Origin: Myxococcota bacterium
GTDB lineage: Bacteria > Myxococcota_A > Bradymonadia > UBA4248
DNA: 64,000 nt
Direction: 5' to 3'
NCBI GenBank assembly: GCA_045599245.1
Contig: JAZRVP010000042.1
Span: forward strand, 6,351-70,350
Part shown: positions 8,381 through 18,008 of the stretch, in pieces
Layout: every line of letters starts with the position of its first letter
Position numbering within the stretch: the first letter of the stretch is position 1
Translations under genes and position numbers: made by a program
Notes under the pieces: model-generated
Database searches by the model: none
What the model saw: the letters and a program-made list of their open reading frames with translations, nothing else
What the model was told of the DNA's origin: nothing

Positions 8381-9493
8381 ATGGCTTCAGACGTTTTCTT
8401 TTCCAATCTTCACGTTCGCATGGGCGACAGTTTACTTGCCAAATTTGAACGACTTATTCGACGTGCCGGCATCGAAAATATCGACTTTGCCGATAAATTT
8501 GTTGCTGTGAAGCTCCATTTGGGCGAGTGGGGAAACATGGCTTTTTTGCGCCAGCAGTATGCAAAAGTCGTTTGCGATGCGGTAAAAAAAATGGGCGGCA
8601 TGCCGTTTCTGACCGATTGCAATACGTTGTATGCCGGCTATCGCAACCATGCCCTCAATCATCTCGATGCCGCCTATATGAATGGTTATAATCCGCTTGC
8701 AACGGGCGTTCACACGATTATTGCCGACGGACTTCGCGGCACCGATGAACGCGAAATTCCGGTTCAGGGCGGCGAATATGTCAAAAATGCTAAAATCGGA
8801 GCCGCCATTGCAGAGGCCGATGTCATCATTTCTTTGACGCATTTCAAAGGCCATATCTGCGCCGGTTTCGGCGGTGCCATCAAAAATATCGGGATGGGAT
8901 GCGGTTCAAAACACGGCAAAATGGAAATGCACAGCAGCGGGACGCCGGCTATCAATTCGAAGGTCTGTATCGGCTGTGGCATGTGCGTCAAAAATTGTCA
9001 TAACGACGGTGTTCATGTCATCGATCACAAAGCGGTTATCGATGAAAACAAGTGCCTTGGCTGCGGCCACTGCTTTGCCTATTGTCCAAAAGGCGCCATC
9101 GAGTGCAAATGGGATGAGGCAAATCCCGTTCTGAACCGAAAAATTGCTGAATATACAAAGGCTGTTCTTCAGGACAAGCCCTCGTTTCATATCAGTCTCG
9201 TCGTCGATGTCTCTCCGAACTGCGACTGCGACGCCGAGAACGATGTTCCACTCATTCCCGATGTCGGAATGTTTGCTTCTTTCGATCCCGTAGCCCTCGA
9301 TCAGGCTTGTGTCGATGCCGCAAACCGCCAACCCGTCAATCCGGAAAGTCAGATTGGAAAACACCAGGATGCCGGACGCGATCACGATATCTTCCACATG
9401 GCTCATCCCGACACGAACTGGGAAGCCGGCCTCATTCATGCCGAAAAACTCGGTATCGGAACCCGGGCATATCATCTTGTCGAAGTCAACTGA
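8381..9493 (+). CDS. DUF362 family protein with 2x[4Fe-4S] ferredoxin domain
   Basis: RBS AGGAGG; VAVKLHLGE, THFKGH, GGAIKNIGMG; CIGCGMC and CLGCGHC...CP; SPNCDC, DPVALD. Confidence 0.88.
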   Translation: MASDVFFSNLHVRMGDSLLAKFERLIRRAGIENIDFADKFVAVKLHLGEWGNMAFLRQQYAKVVCDAVKKMGGMPFLTDCNTLYAGYRNHALNHLDAAYMNGYNPLATGVHTIIADGLRGTDEREIPVQGGEYVKNAKIGAAIAEADVIISLTHFKGHICAGFGGAIKNIGMGCGSKHGKMEMHSSGTPAINSKVCIGCGMCVKNCHNDGVHVIDHKAVIDENKCLGCGHCFAYCPKGAIECKWDEANPVLNRKIAEYTKAVLQDKPSFHISLVVDVSPNCDCDAENDVPLIPDVGMFASFDPVALDQACVDAANRQPVNPESQIGKHQDAGRDHDIFHMAHPDTNWEAGLIHAEKLGIGTRAYHLVEVN

Positions 9494-9547
9494 TGGTTGT
9501 CGGCTGTAAATGCCGTTTCATTTCTTTTTTTCTTATGGAGTTTGTTC

Positions 9548-10078
9548 ATGAAAATTCTCGTTCTTACCGGAAGCTGCCGCAATGGCAATTCATCCCGTCT
9601 TGCCGATGCCTTTATCGATGGTGCCAAAGAAGCCGGTCATGACGTCAAACGCGTTGACTGTGCAAAAATGAAAGTCGGCGGCTGCATGGGCTGCATGTAC
9701 TGTTTTGGTCATGACGGCGAATGCTGTCAGAAAGATGATTTTGCCGGTCTTCGCAATGATTTGATCGAGGCCGACGCCATCGTTTTCGCATCCCCGGTCT
9801 ATTATTTTGGACTTTCAGCTCAGATTAAGGCTGTGATCGATCGCTTCTTTGCAATCGATGCCAAACTTCATGTTTCCAAAAAATCAGCTCTGCTCCTTTC
9901 TCTCGGTGATACAGATGCCAAAACCGCCGAACCGTCCGTGGGCATGTACAAAGGCATTGCAGGCTATCTCGGCTGGACGGATGTCGGAACCGTCATCGCC
10001 TATGGCTGTATGAATCCCGATGACGTGGACAAGAACGATGCACTCGCCAACGCTCGCGAGCTCGGCAAAAATATCTAA
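9548..10078 (+). CDS. Flavodoxin-like NADPH-dependent FMN reductase (iron-sulfur flavoprotein family)
   Basis: MKILVLTGSCR.NGNS, CMGCMYC...C, ASPVYY, KAVIDR. Confidence 0.88.
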   Translation: MKILVLTGSCRNGNSSRLADAFIDGAKEAGHDVKRVDCAKMKVGGCMGCMYCFGHDGECCQKDDFAGLRNDLIEADAIVFASPVYYFGLSAQIKAVIDRFFAIDAKLHVSKKSALLLSLGDTDAKTAEPSVGMYKGIAGYLGWTDVGTVIAYGCMNPDDVDKNDALANARELGKNI

Positions 10079-10084
10079 ATTGAC

Positions 10085-10107
10085 AAAAGGCACCAAGCGG
10101 TGCCTTT
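10085..10107 (+). terminator. Intrinsic terminator
   Basis: AAAGGCACC-AAGC-GGTGCCTTT immediately after the stop codon. Confidence 0.6.
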
Positions 10108-10109
10108 AC

Positions 10110-10343
10110 TACTCAGACAGGGGTAGTTCACAAATCTTCTGAAATATAAGCAGAATATTTCGCAAATATAAGGCAAAAATTGCAGAGAGCCGGGGCGGGC
10201 CCCGGCGAGGAACAATTGTAAGGCAACCCCAAATACTTATACCATCTAAAAAAATTGAGGTTTCCAATGGGCTCAGCCCTTTGGGGGAGTCTGGGGCAAA
10301 GCCCCAGCGGGAGTCTGGGGCAAAGCCCCGATTGATTAGTAAC
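10110..10343. mobile_element. MITE-family repeat copy
   Basis: Shares its core (GAGAGCCGGGG..CCCCGG, TTGAGG.TTCCAA.GGGCTCAGCCCTTT, GGGGCAAAGCCCC) with copies at 2202, 23620 and 53420; its left end is the reverse complement of 45575-45612. Confidence 0.65.
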
Positions 10344-10379
10344 ACGGTGCCTTTTTTGTTGAATGAAAATGCTTGAGAT

Positions 10380-11615
10380 TTAGTTTCGGCAGCACAGGAC
10401 ACCGCCAAGATCCGGTGACATTTTGACGACTCGTAAAGCTTCTCTGCTGTCGTCACTGCCGCATTCCCATGCATCTGGATAGTTGGTGTTGTCCCGGTAA
10501 TTGTAATAGGAAACGGTGTTGCACCAGTCGCATCCGAGACCGCCGTCGCACTTGATTCGATCCCCAGCGTCGTAGCAGCTGCAGTCATAACTCGCCGATA
10601 GGGAAAGACAGCCGTCGTGACTGCTTCGCGTAAGAATGCCGCCGCAATGTCGTTCGGGACCAAGACTGCAGCCAAGATTGCCGCAGCCAAAAAGATCGTT
10701 GGTGTAGGCCGGTCTGTTGCTGTATCCGTCACCGGCACAGGTCAGGCTTCCATTTGACATCTCGCGAGAAACAAAGAATGCCGGATAGGTTACGCCCTCC
10801 AGAATGTTGTCACATCCGGTGCGGGAATTTCTTCGGATATCTTCAACACCGTGGCAGACATGCCAGCCTGAAGCACAAAGGTCCTCGACATTGCAGCCGA
10901 GACCGCTCGGATTCGAGCTGCTGTCACCGGAGACCCTGCCGCACACGGGACCCTCGTCGTGATGAACACCCGGAACTGACCAGCCGCCCGCACAAGCCGC
11001 AATATTGGGGTTCATACGGATATCGAAAAAGCCTTCGCGCGTTCCGTCAGAACAGCCGTTATCGTTGACGGCAATAGGAGTGGTGTAAACAACGGTCGTT
11101 GCGGGACGGACATAAAAAATGGTCGGTGCCGGTACATAGTGATGCACACTGGGCCCCGGATGGACGACAACATGGGGGCGCGCCGGAGGCGGCGCAACGT
11201 GATGAACAACCGGGCCGTGATGAACGACAGGGCCGTGATGAACTGGTGCCCCTGGACGAGGTGCTGGATGCACGACTTGTCCTCCGGGACGTCCGGCTGG
11301 CGCTCCGGGACGCGGACTGTTCACTGACGGGCGGCCGCTCGGCGCACCGTAGCGGTTGCCGGGATTGGCGATCGGGCGCGTGACTGGGCCTGGGGCATTG
11401 CCCCCATTGTTTTGGGGCTGACCTGCCGATGGACGCGCGTTATTCGATGGGACGTTTGCCGACGGACGCGTGCCACCCGTCGGGAGCGCTGCTCCTCCGT
11501 TTCCGCCTGCTCCTGGCGGCATTTCTGCCAACGCCTCGCTTCCATTCATGCACAAAATCCCAAAACTCGCTGCCAGCAAATACTTCATAATACCATTCAT
11601 CGAATGCTCTTTCAT
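10380..11615 (-). CDS. Secreted protein with Pro/Gly/His-rich N-terminal region and Cys-rich C-terminal domain
   Basis: Signal peptide ending ALA; HHGPVVHHGPVVHH; CSDGTREGF...C.SGWHVC...GGVLCC. Confidence 0.75.
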   Translation of the reverse strand: MKEHSMNGIMKYLLAASFGILCMNGSEALAEMPPGAGGNGGAALPTGGTRPSANVPSNNARPSAGQPQNNGGNAPGPVTRPIANPGNRYGAPSGRPSVNSPRPGAPAGRPGGQVVHPAPRPGAPVHHGPVVHHGPVVHHVAPPPARPHVVVHPGPSVHHYVPAPTIFYVRPATTVVYTTPIAVNDNGCSDGTREGFFDIRMNPNIAACAGGWSVPGVHHDEGPVCGRVSGDSSSNPSGLGCNVEDLCASGWHVCHGVEDIRRNSRTGCDNILEGVTYPAFFVSREMSNGSLTCAGDGYSNRPAYTNDLFGCGNLGCSLGPERHCGGILTRSSHDGCLSLSASYDCSCYDAGDRIKCDGGLGCDWCNTVSYYNYRDNTNYPDAWECGSDDSREALRVVKMSPDLGGVLCCRN

Positions 11616-11755
11616 CGTTTTCTCCCGTCTTGTGTTCTGGTTTGCTGCATTTTTTGCTTTTCAACAAAAATTTGGATGTAGTAGCTAATTACGTGCCATT
11701 AGTATCGAACAAATAACAACAAAAGTGCCAATTCGGCTTTTTATGATGATATCCG

Positions 11756-11826
11756 GGCGTGCCTATTGCGCCTTTGACGCAATACGGCGCGCTTGAGCCG
11801 TGCTATCGGCTGCACCGATACGCACT
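11756..11826. repeat. Two bulged-hairpin repeats
   Basis: GCC-TATTGCG..CGCAATA-C-GGC and GTGC-TATCGG..CCGATA-C-GCAC. Confidence 0.75.
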
Positions 11827-12025
11827 GCAAAACTTGGGTAAAATTTATTACGGGCGATGCTTAAAAATCTAATAAAAAATGAAATAGCGGGCGGAAATCA
11901 TTCAAAACCAAAGGGGGACGCACTGCAAAACTCTGGCTATTGTCTTTTTTTTAGTTTATTGGAAAGCGACTGGATGTTTTTACTGCCGCGTGGCGTTTTC
12001 TGTTCTGTGGAATAAGGGCTTTTGA

Positions 12026-15000
12026 GTGATGTCATCTATTCGAAAAGTAAAATGCGACAGCAGTAAAGCTCACTGTGATGATACTTTCTGTTTTCGTCAG
12101 ATTTTTGAAGCCGATTTTATCTCGCGGGCTGATTTCGTTCATCGGTTTATATTGCCGACATTTGGCGCAGAACATTTTGATGTCGTTAATTCCGGGATTT
12201 TAATCTCTCATCCGGAACTTGCAGATAAAATTATTAAAAATCATATACTGGCGATTGAGTGCGTAGGAAATATTGATATTTCCGGAAATAAACTCATGGT
12301 GTACGAAATTGTCGTTGATGAGCTGTTTAATTTTCAAAAGGGACGCGCCGCATTGTTGCGGTTGATAAAGATGTTTGCGGATGAATTTGATTCCGCAATG
12401 ATGGTGTTTCATTATCAAAATGGCGGCAAAAGACCTTGGTGGCTGAGTTTTGTTGAAAAGATTTCCGACAGAAATGGACAGACGTTGCTCAGACGCTATT
12501 CGTATCCTTTTGAGCAGGGACGTTCAGCCGTGTTCGCGGCTGAACAGTTCGCAAAACTGGCTGAAAATAAGGGAATGAAGCTCAATGACGTCATCGAGGC
12601 ATTTTCTGTTCAGGCTTTAACCAGGGCTTTTTATTCGCAACTATTGGATTGGTACACATGGGCTCAAGACAGGGTGACGTTTCCGGATGAGTGCGCGGCG
12701 TCAAATGACAATGGCATAAGTCTCAAAGAGCATCTCATTCATCTCATCACGCGACTCATATTTGTGTGGTTTCTTAAGCAGAAGAAGCTCGTGGCCTGGG
12801 AACTGTTTGATGTGCATGAAATTGGGACAATTCTCAAATCTTTCGATCCGTTGGCCGGTGAACTTGACGAAGATTGTGTCGTTCAAAGAGATGTCGTTTC
12901 CAATTATTATTATGCGGTTTTGCAGAATCTGTTTTTTGTGACATTCAACTGCGAAATAAAACAACGGGCATTTGCTTGTAAAGACGCGAGCTGCAGCCGA
13001 TTTTACCTGTACCCCGAATTGTTTCGTAAAAATGGCAAAGAAAAAATCCTTAAACTTTTTGACAAAACACCTCTGTTCAATGTCGATTTGTTCGATTGTC
13101 TCGACAAAATGGCCGGAGGTGAGAATGAAAAATGCGTCGAATATCATGACGGATTTAGTCAGAATGATGAACGGATTGGGGGAAGATACAGGTATCGTGC
13201 ATTTGTGCCCAATGTTTTATTTTTCAATGACGATGGGGTTCATCCCGGCATCATTACGATATTGAACCGATATTGTTTTTCCGTGGAAGAAAGTTCCTGC
13301 GATGATGTGAGCATTGCTCTCGATCCGGAGGTTCTGGGCAAGGTCTTTGAGAATCTTTTGGCGGATATGTCGCCGGAGACTCAGAATACTGAAAGAACAT
13401 TGACGGGATCGTTTTATACGCCACGAGAAATCGTGCGATATATGGCCGATCGTTCAATCGAGGAATACTTAAAGACAAATCTGAAGAAGATAAATACTGA
13501 ACTGATCGACCGGTTTGTCCGGGAGGATGAATGCCCGGATGAAATACAAAAACAGTCTGGAAATATCCGAAAAGCACTGTTCGAACTCAAAATATTTGAT
13601 CCAGCCTGTGGTTCCGGGGCTTTCCCCATCGGTTTGATGCAGTCGATGATTGCCTTGCTCCAAAAACTCGATCATGATGAAGAAAAAATACCTGCATACA
13701 AAAAGCACATCATTGAGCATTGTCTGTATGGGGTTGATATTCAGCCGATAGCCGTTCAAATTACGAAATTGCGGTGCATAATTTCGCTTCTTGCCTCGCT
13801 GGAACCGGATGAAATATATTCAAACTTAGGGATTTTGTCGTTTTCCGGTCTTGAAAAGAAGTTTGTTGCTGCAAATACACTCATTCCAAAAGAAAATAAT
13901 ATCGATTCATGTCGTATGAATGAGCAGGATGACGAAATACGGAGCAGCCGTTATTTTGATGCCGAATGGATGTTTGATGTGCATGATGGTTTTGATATTG
14001 TGATAGGCAATCCGCCTTATGGGGCAAAAATGTCTGAAGAAGAAAAGATAATTTATAAAAAACATTATCAATGGCTGTTTAAACGGTTTGATATCTACAT
14101 GGTCTTCTTTGAACTTGGTTTGAAATTGTGTAAAAATGTTCTTTGCTACATAACACCGGATAAGTGGCTGTCCAAATCATTTGGCGTTAAATTCAGAAAG
14201 TATGCGATGGTACCGAATATGTTTCAGGTCGTTCATTTGGGAAATCATGTGTTTGATGAAGCTCTTGTCGATGCGATTATTTCGATGTTTAAAGTTTCGG
14301 GTTCAAAAAAACTGACGTTGTTGAAAGTGAAGTCAAAGCATCAGTTTGAAATTGTCAATGAAATCGATAAAACGAAGCTTGAGGAGCCTTATTTGATTGA
14401 TCAGTATTTTCAGGAGGAACTGCCTGAAATAATCACGCAGATTGAACGTCATTCTCATCGTCTTTGTGAATATGCAAAGTGTGAATATGCCTGCGCAAGC
14501 CCAGCAGATGCTTATCGCCTTCAGAAAATTATTCAATCAAATCAGACGGCTTCAAAAAATACATTAAAACTCATCAATACCGGTTTGATTAATAAGTTTT
14601 TCCATCGCTGGAATGATAAACAAATGACTTATTTGAAGAATAAGTACAAAAATCCATTCGTAGATATTCAGGATTTAACCGACTTGTTTGGTGAACACTA
14701 TGTCGAAAAAATGACATCTCCAAAACTCATCATAAAGGGATTAAACCTGCTGGATTGTACGATCGATTTGGATGGCAGTCTGATGTCAACGGTTGCGACA
14801 CTCAATATTCGTTCGACTTCAAAGGATTTGCTTTGTGTATTGGGGGCAATTATAAATTCGAGTGTCATGACGGCGTATTGCAAAGCCAAATATTTCTCAA
14901 GCAGCTTTTGCGGCGGTTTGCTTTTTACACCGGAAATGATTAATCAGCTTCCTGTTCCCGATTTAAGTTCTGTCACGGAGTGGAAAACTGTGATTGAATT

Positions 15001-15085
15001 GGTCAAAAAGGCAATCAATGGTGAAAAAAATTTGATAAAAGAGATTGATGAACTCGTAAAAAAGAATTTTAACACAATTGATTGA
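12026..15085 (+). CDS. Type IIG restriction-modification enzyme / N6-adenine DNA methyltransferase (Eco57I-like)
   Basis: DPEVLGKVFENLL, GSFYTPREIV, motif I FDPACGSGAF, GVDIQPIAV, motif IV IVIGNPPY; C-terminal TRD-like region. Confidence 0.85.
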   Translation: MMSSIRKVKCDSSKAHCDDTFCFRQIFEADFISRADFVHRFILPTFGAEHFDVVNSGILISHPELADKIIKNHILAIECVGNIDISGNKLMVYEIVVDELFNFQKGRAALLRLIKMFADEFDSAMMVFHYQNGGKRPWWLSFVEKISDRNGQTLLRRYSYPFEQGRSAVFAAEQFAKLAENKGMKLNDVIEAFSVQALTRAFYSQLLDWYTWAQDRVTFPDECAASNDNGISLKEHLIHLITRLIFVWFLKQKKLVAWELFDVHEIGTILKSFDPLAGELDEDCVVQRDVVSNYYYAVLQNLFFVTFNCEIKQRAFACKDASCSRFYLYPELFRKNGKEKILKLFDKTPLFNVDLFDCLDKMAGGENEKCVEYHDGFSQNDERIGGRYRYRAFVPNVLFFNDDGVHPGIITILNRYCFSVEESSCDDVSIALDPEVLGKVFENLLADMSPETQNTERTLTGSFYTPREIVRYMADRSIEEYLKTNLKKINTELIDRFVREDECPDEIQKQSGNIRKALFELKIFDPACGSGAFPIGLMQSMIALLQKLDHDEEKIPAYKKHIIEHCLYGVDIQPIAVQITKLRCIISLLASLEPDEIYSNLGILSFSGLEKKFVAANTLIPKENNIDSCRMNEQDDEIRSSRYFDAEWMFDVHDGFDIVIGNPPYGAKMSEEEKIIYKKHYQWLFKRFDIYMVFFELGLKLCKNVLCYITPDKWLSKSFGVKFRKYAMVPNMFQVVHLGNHVFDEALVDAIISMFKVSGSKKLTLLKVKSKHQFEIVNEIDKTKLEEPYLIDQYFQEELPEIITQIERHSHRLCEYAKCEYACASPADAYRLQKIIQSNQTASKNTLKLINTGLINKFFHRWNDKQMTYLKNKYKNPFVDIQDLTDLFGEHYVEKMTSPKLIIKGLNLLDCTIDLDGSLMSTVATLNIRSTSKDLLCVLGAIINSSVMTAYCKAKYFSSSFCGGLLFTPEMINQLPVPDLSSVTEWKTVIELVKKAINGEKNLIKEIDELVKKNFNTID

Positions 15086-15299
15086 AGAAATATTTCAGCG
15101 AATATTTTTAATTTTTATTGAAAATAAAATTAATTATTTCTTGTATTAGTCGCAATGATATGAAAATGACTCTTGTCATGGCGGCGCAAAGCGGCTCGCA
15201 CTGAATGATTGAGTGCATTGCGGGGAGCCTTTCGAGAATAATTGAGATTTCCAGTAGCACTTGCGGCTGAATTGGCTGGGTGAAATGTGAGGGCGTATC

Positions 15300-17654
15300 A
15301 TGATTGACGAGTTTCCGCTTATTGTGGATTTGGCTTTTATTTTGATGACGGCGGGAATTACATCTCTGATTTGTCGTGCATTAAAATTACCTATTTTGGT
15401 TGGTTATCTTCTGGCAGGGCTTGTGACAGGTCCTCATTTTGCTGTCTTTCCGAATGTCACAGATATCGACAATATTCATACGTGGTCAGAAATCGGGGTC
15501 ATTTTTCTTCTGTTTGCCCTGGGGCTGGAATTCAATTTCAAAAGTCTTCTGAAAGTCGGTAAAACAGGTGCCATCACGTGTTCTCTGGTCGTTGGTGGGA
15601 CGCTATTTTTTGCCTGGCTTTTGGGGCTCTTATTTGATTGGAGTGTCACACAGAGCATTTTTATGGGCGGCATGCTCTCGGTTTCATCGACAATGATCAT
15701 CGTTAAGGCATTTGAAGAACTCAAACTGAAAGGTCAGCCGTTTACGCATATCGTTTATGGCGTTGAGATTTTCGAGGATCTTGTCGCCATTCTTCTACTC
15801 GTCATATTGCCCATGGTTGCGATGCAGCAAAGCGGATCAATGGCTAAAGAAGTGACGATATCCTTGATGCGCGTCATCTTTTTTATGGTTATCTGGTTTG
15901 TTGCAGGCATTTTTATCCTTCCGTCTCTTTTGCGAAAATTAAAAAAACTGGTCAATGATGAAGTTCTTCTCGTACTCTCCCTCGCGCTTTGTCTTGGCAT
16001 GGTTCTTTTGGCAGATTATGTGGGGCTGTCGACGGCTCTTGGGGCATTTGTGATTGGTTCAATTTTGGGCAGCACAACCGAGGCTCATCGCATTGAAGAG
16101 ATGATGACGCCAATAAAAAATCTGTTTGGGGCCATTTTCTTTGTTTCGGTCGGTATGATGGCCGAACCTTCGGTCATCATTTCTCATTGGGACATGATTT
16201 TGCTCGTACTTGCGCTTGTCGTTGTCATTAAACCTATTATGGGGACCATTGGCGTGTATCTGTCTGGGCGCGGACTTGAGAATTCGGTCAAAGCCGGGTT
16301 TAGTTTCGGACATATCGGCGAATTTTCTTTCATCATCGCCAGTCTCGGAATATCGAGCGGTGTTTTAGAAGATTATATCTACCCGGTTGTGATTGCAGTC
16401 AGTGTGATTACGACGATCACGACGCCTTACATCATTCGCCTTTCCAATCCCGTGTATAAAAAACTCGATATGTGCCTTCCCGAAAAATTGAGAAACACGT
16501 TCGAGATGCCGAAAACAACGGTCAAAAAGAGATTTGGAAGACGCGACGTTTTGATTAAACAGTTTTTTGCGGAAACCTTTGTCATTTCTGTTCTGCTCGT
16601 CGGTATTATTGCGTTAATGGGCGGTATTATTTCGCCGCAAATGATGAAGCTGGTTTCAATTCAGTTTGTGAATAATGCAGAGTTTGTTTGTGCAGCTGTT
16701 TGCGTTTCACTGACTTTAGTTTTGATGATGCCTTTTTTAAGTGCTCTGATTTTGAGAAAAAAACATTTGAGCCGTGGCGTTTTTCTGGCTTTAATCAAAG
16801 GCAAAAATGAAAAGTTGTTCTTGGCTTTACAGCTGCTTCGAGCCGTACTGGTCATTGGTTTTATTGCATTTGTAATGATTACAACGTCTCCTTTTAATCT
16901 TCCAATCGATCTTGTGATTAGCATCGGTGTGTTTCTTCTCGTGATATTTTCACGAGGTTTTTTGTCAAATTATACACGACTTGAACGCATCTTCTTGTTT
17001 AATTACAACGAAGCTGAAAATGCAGAACATCAGGAACATTCGTTTTCCGGGGTTGAGGCTCCGAATGGAATGCATGTCTCAATGAGTGAAATCGGAGAAG
17101 GCGACTGGCTTTCAGAAAGCCTGAAAGTTGCCTCCATACGCATTGATGAAAGTTCTCCTTTTTTGAATAAAACCCTGATTGACTTGAATCTTCGTGCTCA
17201 ATACGGTCTGTTTATCATTCGGATTGAACGAAAAAATGAGACACTGAACATTCCGGCAGGAAATGCAACCATCGAATTGGAGGATTTGATTTATATCGTC
17301 GGTGAAAAGGACGCATTCAAACCACTTTATGCCAAGCCGTGGCTTATATCGGAAAAGAAATTGCACTTATACTCAATGAATGAATTCACGGAAATGACGG
17401 AAGAAAAGTCTCATGACACAGGGCTTTTGAGATGCATTGCACTTCCGATTGGGCCGGACGCATATTTTGTCGGAAAATCGCTCAAAGAATCGGCTATCGC
17501 GACTCGCAATCAGTGCCTTGTCATCGGAATTGAACAGGAGTCTCGTGTGTCGATGAATCCAAATCCCGACGAAGTGCTGGCACCAGGGGCGCGTCTTTGG
17601 GTCGTCGGGGAAACGGATGCACTCACTGAACTCATTAAGGCTAATCTAGCTTAG
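15300..17654 (+). CDS. CPA2-family cation(K+):proton antiporter with two C-terminal RCK_C/TrkA-C domains
   Basis: Multiple TM helices; GVIFLLFALGLE, SSTMII, FEDL, LGAF, IGEFSF; C-terminal KTLIDLNLR and GKSLKES...NP motifs. Confidence 0.9.
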   Translation: MIDEFPLIVDLAFILMTAGITSLICRALKLPILVGYLLAGLVTGPHFAVFPNVTDIDNIHTWSEIGVIFLLFALGLEFNFKSLLKVGKTGAITCSLVVGGTLFFAWLLGLLFDWSVTQSIFMGGMLSVSSTMIIVKAFEELKLKGQPFTHIVYGVEIFEDLVAILLLVILPMVAMQQSGSMAKEVTISLMRVIFFMVIWFVAGIFILPSLLRKLKKLVNDEVLLVLSLALCLGMVLLADYVGLSTALGAFVIGSILGSTTEAHRIEEMMTPIKNLFGAIFFVSVGMMAEPSVIISHWDMILLVLALVVVIKPIMGTIGVYLSGRGLENSVKAGFSFGHIGEFSFIIASLGISSGVLEDYIYPVVIAVSVITTITTPYIIRLSNPVYKKLDMCLPEKLRNTFEMPKTTVKKRFGRRDVLIKQFFAETFVISVLLVGIIALMGGIISPQMMKLVSIQFVNNAEFVCAAVCVSLTLVLMMPFLSALILRKKHLSRGVFLALIKGKNEKLFLALQLLRAVLVIGFIAFVMITTSPFNLPIDLVISIGVFLLVIFSRGFLSNYTRLERIFLFNYNEAENAEHQEHSFSGVEAPNGMHVSMSEIGEGDWLSESLKVASIRIDESSPFLNKTLIDLNLRAQYGLFIIRIERKNETLNIPAGNATIELEDLIYIVGEKDAFKPLYAKPWLISEKKLHLYSMNEFTEMTEEKSHDTGLLRCIALPIGPDAYFVGKSLKESAIATRNQCLVIGIEQESRVSMNPNPDEVLAPGARLWVVGETDALTELIKANLA

Positions 17655-17866
17655 GGAACCTCTGATTAAAGATTATTTACTTGTTTTTTCTGGGGCTTTG
17701 CCTCAAATCCCGCCAAAGGACTGAGCCCTTTGGAAACCTCAATATTTAGGATGTATCAGCGGGGCGTATGCGCGCAGGCCTCAGGCCGAGCACATAGCCC
17801 GGCGCGGCGGCCGTATTGTCAGATAGGCCGCCGGCACACGCCGTATCGAAGATAGGCGTGGCCTCC
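17655..17866. mobile_element. MITE with TTAG target duplication, carrying bulged-hairpin repeats
   Basis: TTAG|GGAACCTCTGATTAA ... GGCCTCC|TTAG; the left TTAG overlaps the antiporter stop codon. Confidence 0.6.
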
Positions 17867-18008
17867 TTAGATAAAAAAATCGCGGATGATATCAGATGTT
17901 ATGATGCAGGCTTGACAGTCAGCGGACAGAATGAAATACGAACTCGTCTTGTTTGGGATAACACGGGGTGAGTGTTTGACGATTTTTTGAGGAAATGGAC
18001 AGCGAGTT

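Noticed and set aside
10109-10738. 209-aa ORF and other ORFs over MITE copies (23662-23973, 45183-45572, 53442-53789)
   Set aside because: They translate MITE sequence (WGFAPD, GLSPLE) or alternative frames, with no transposase motifs.
15185-15299. c-di-AMP (ydaO) riboswitch upstream of the K+ antiporter
   Set aside because: Only fragments resemble it (CTGAAT, CGGGGAGCC, GGGTGAA); the 3' CCCGUCAGCUAAC core is missing.
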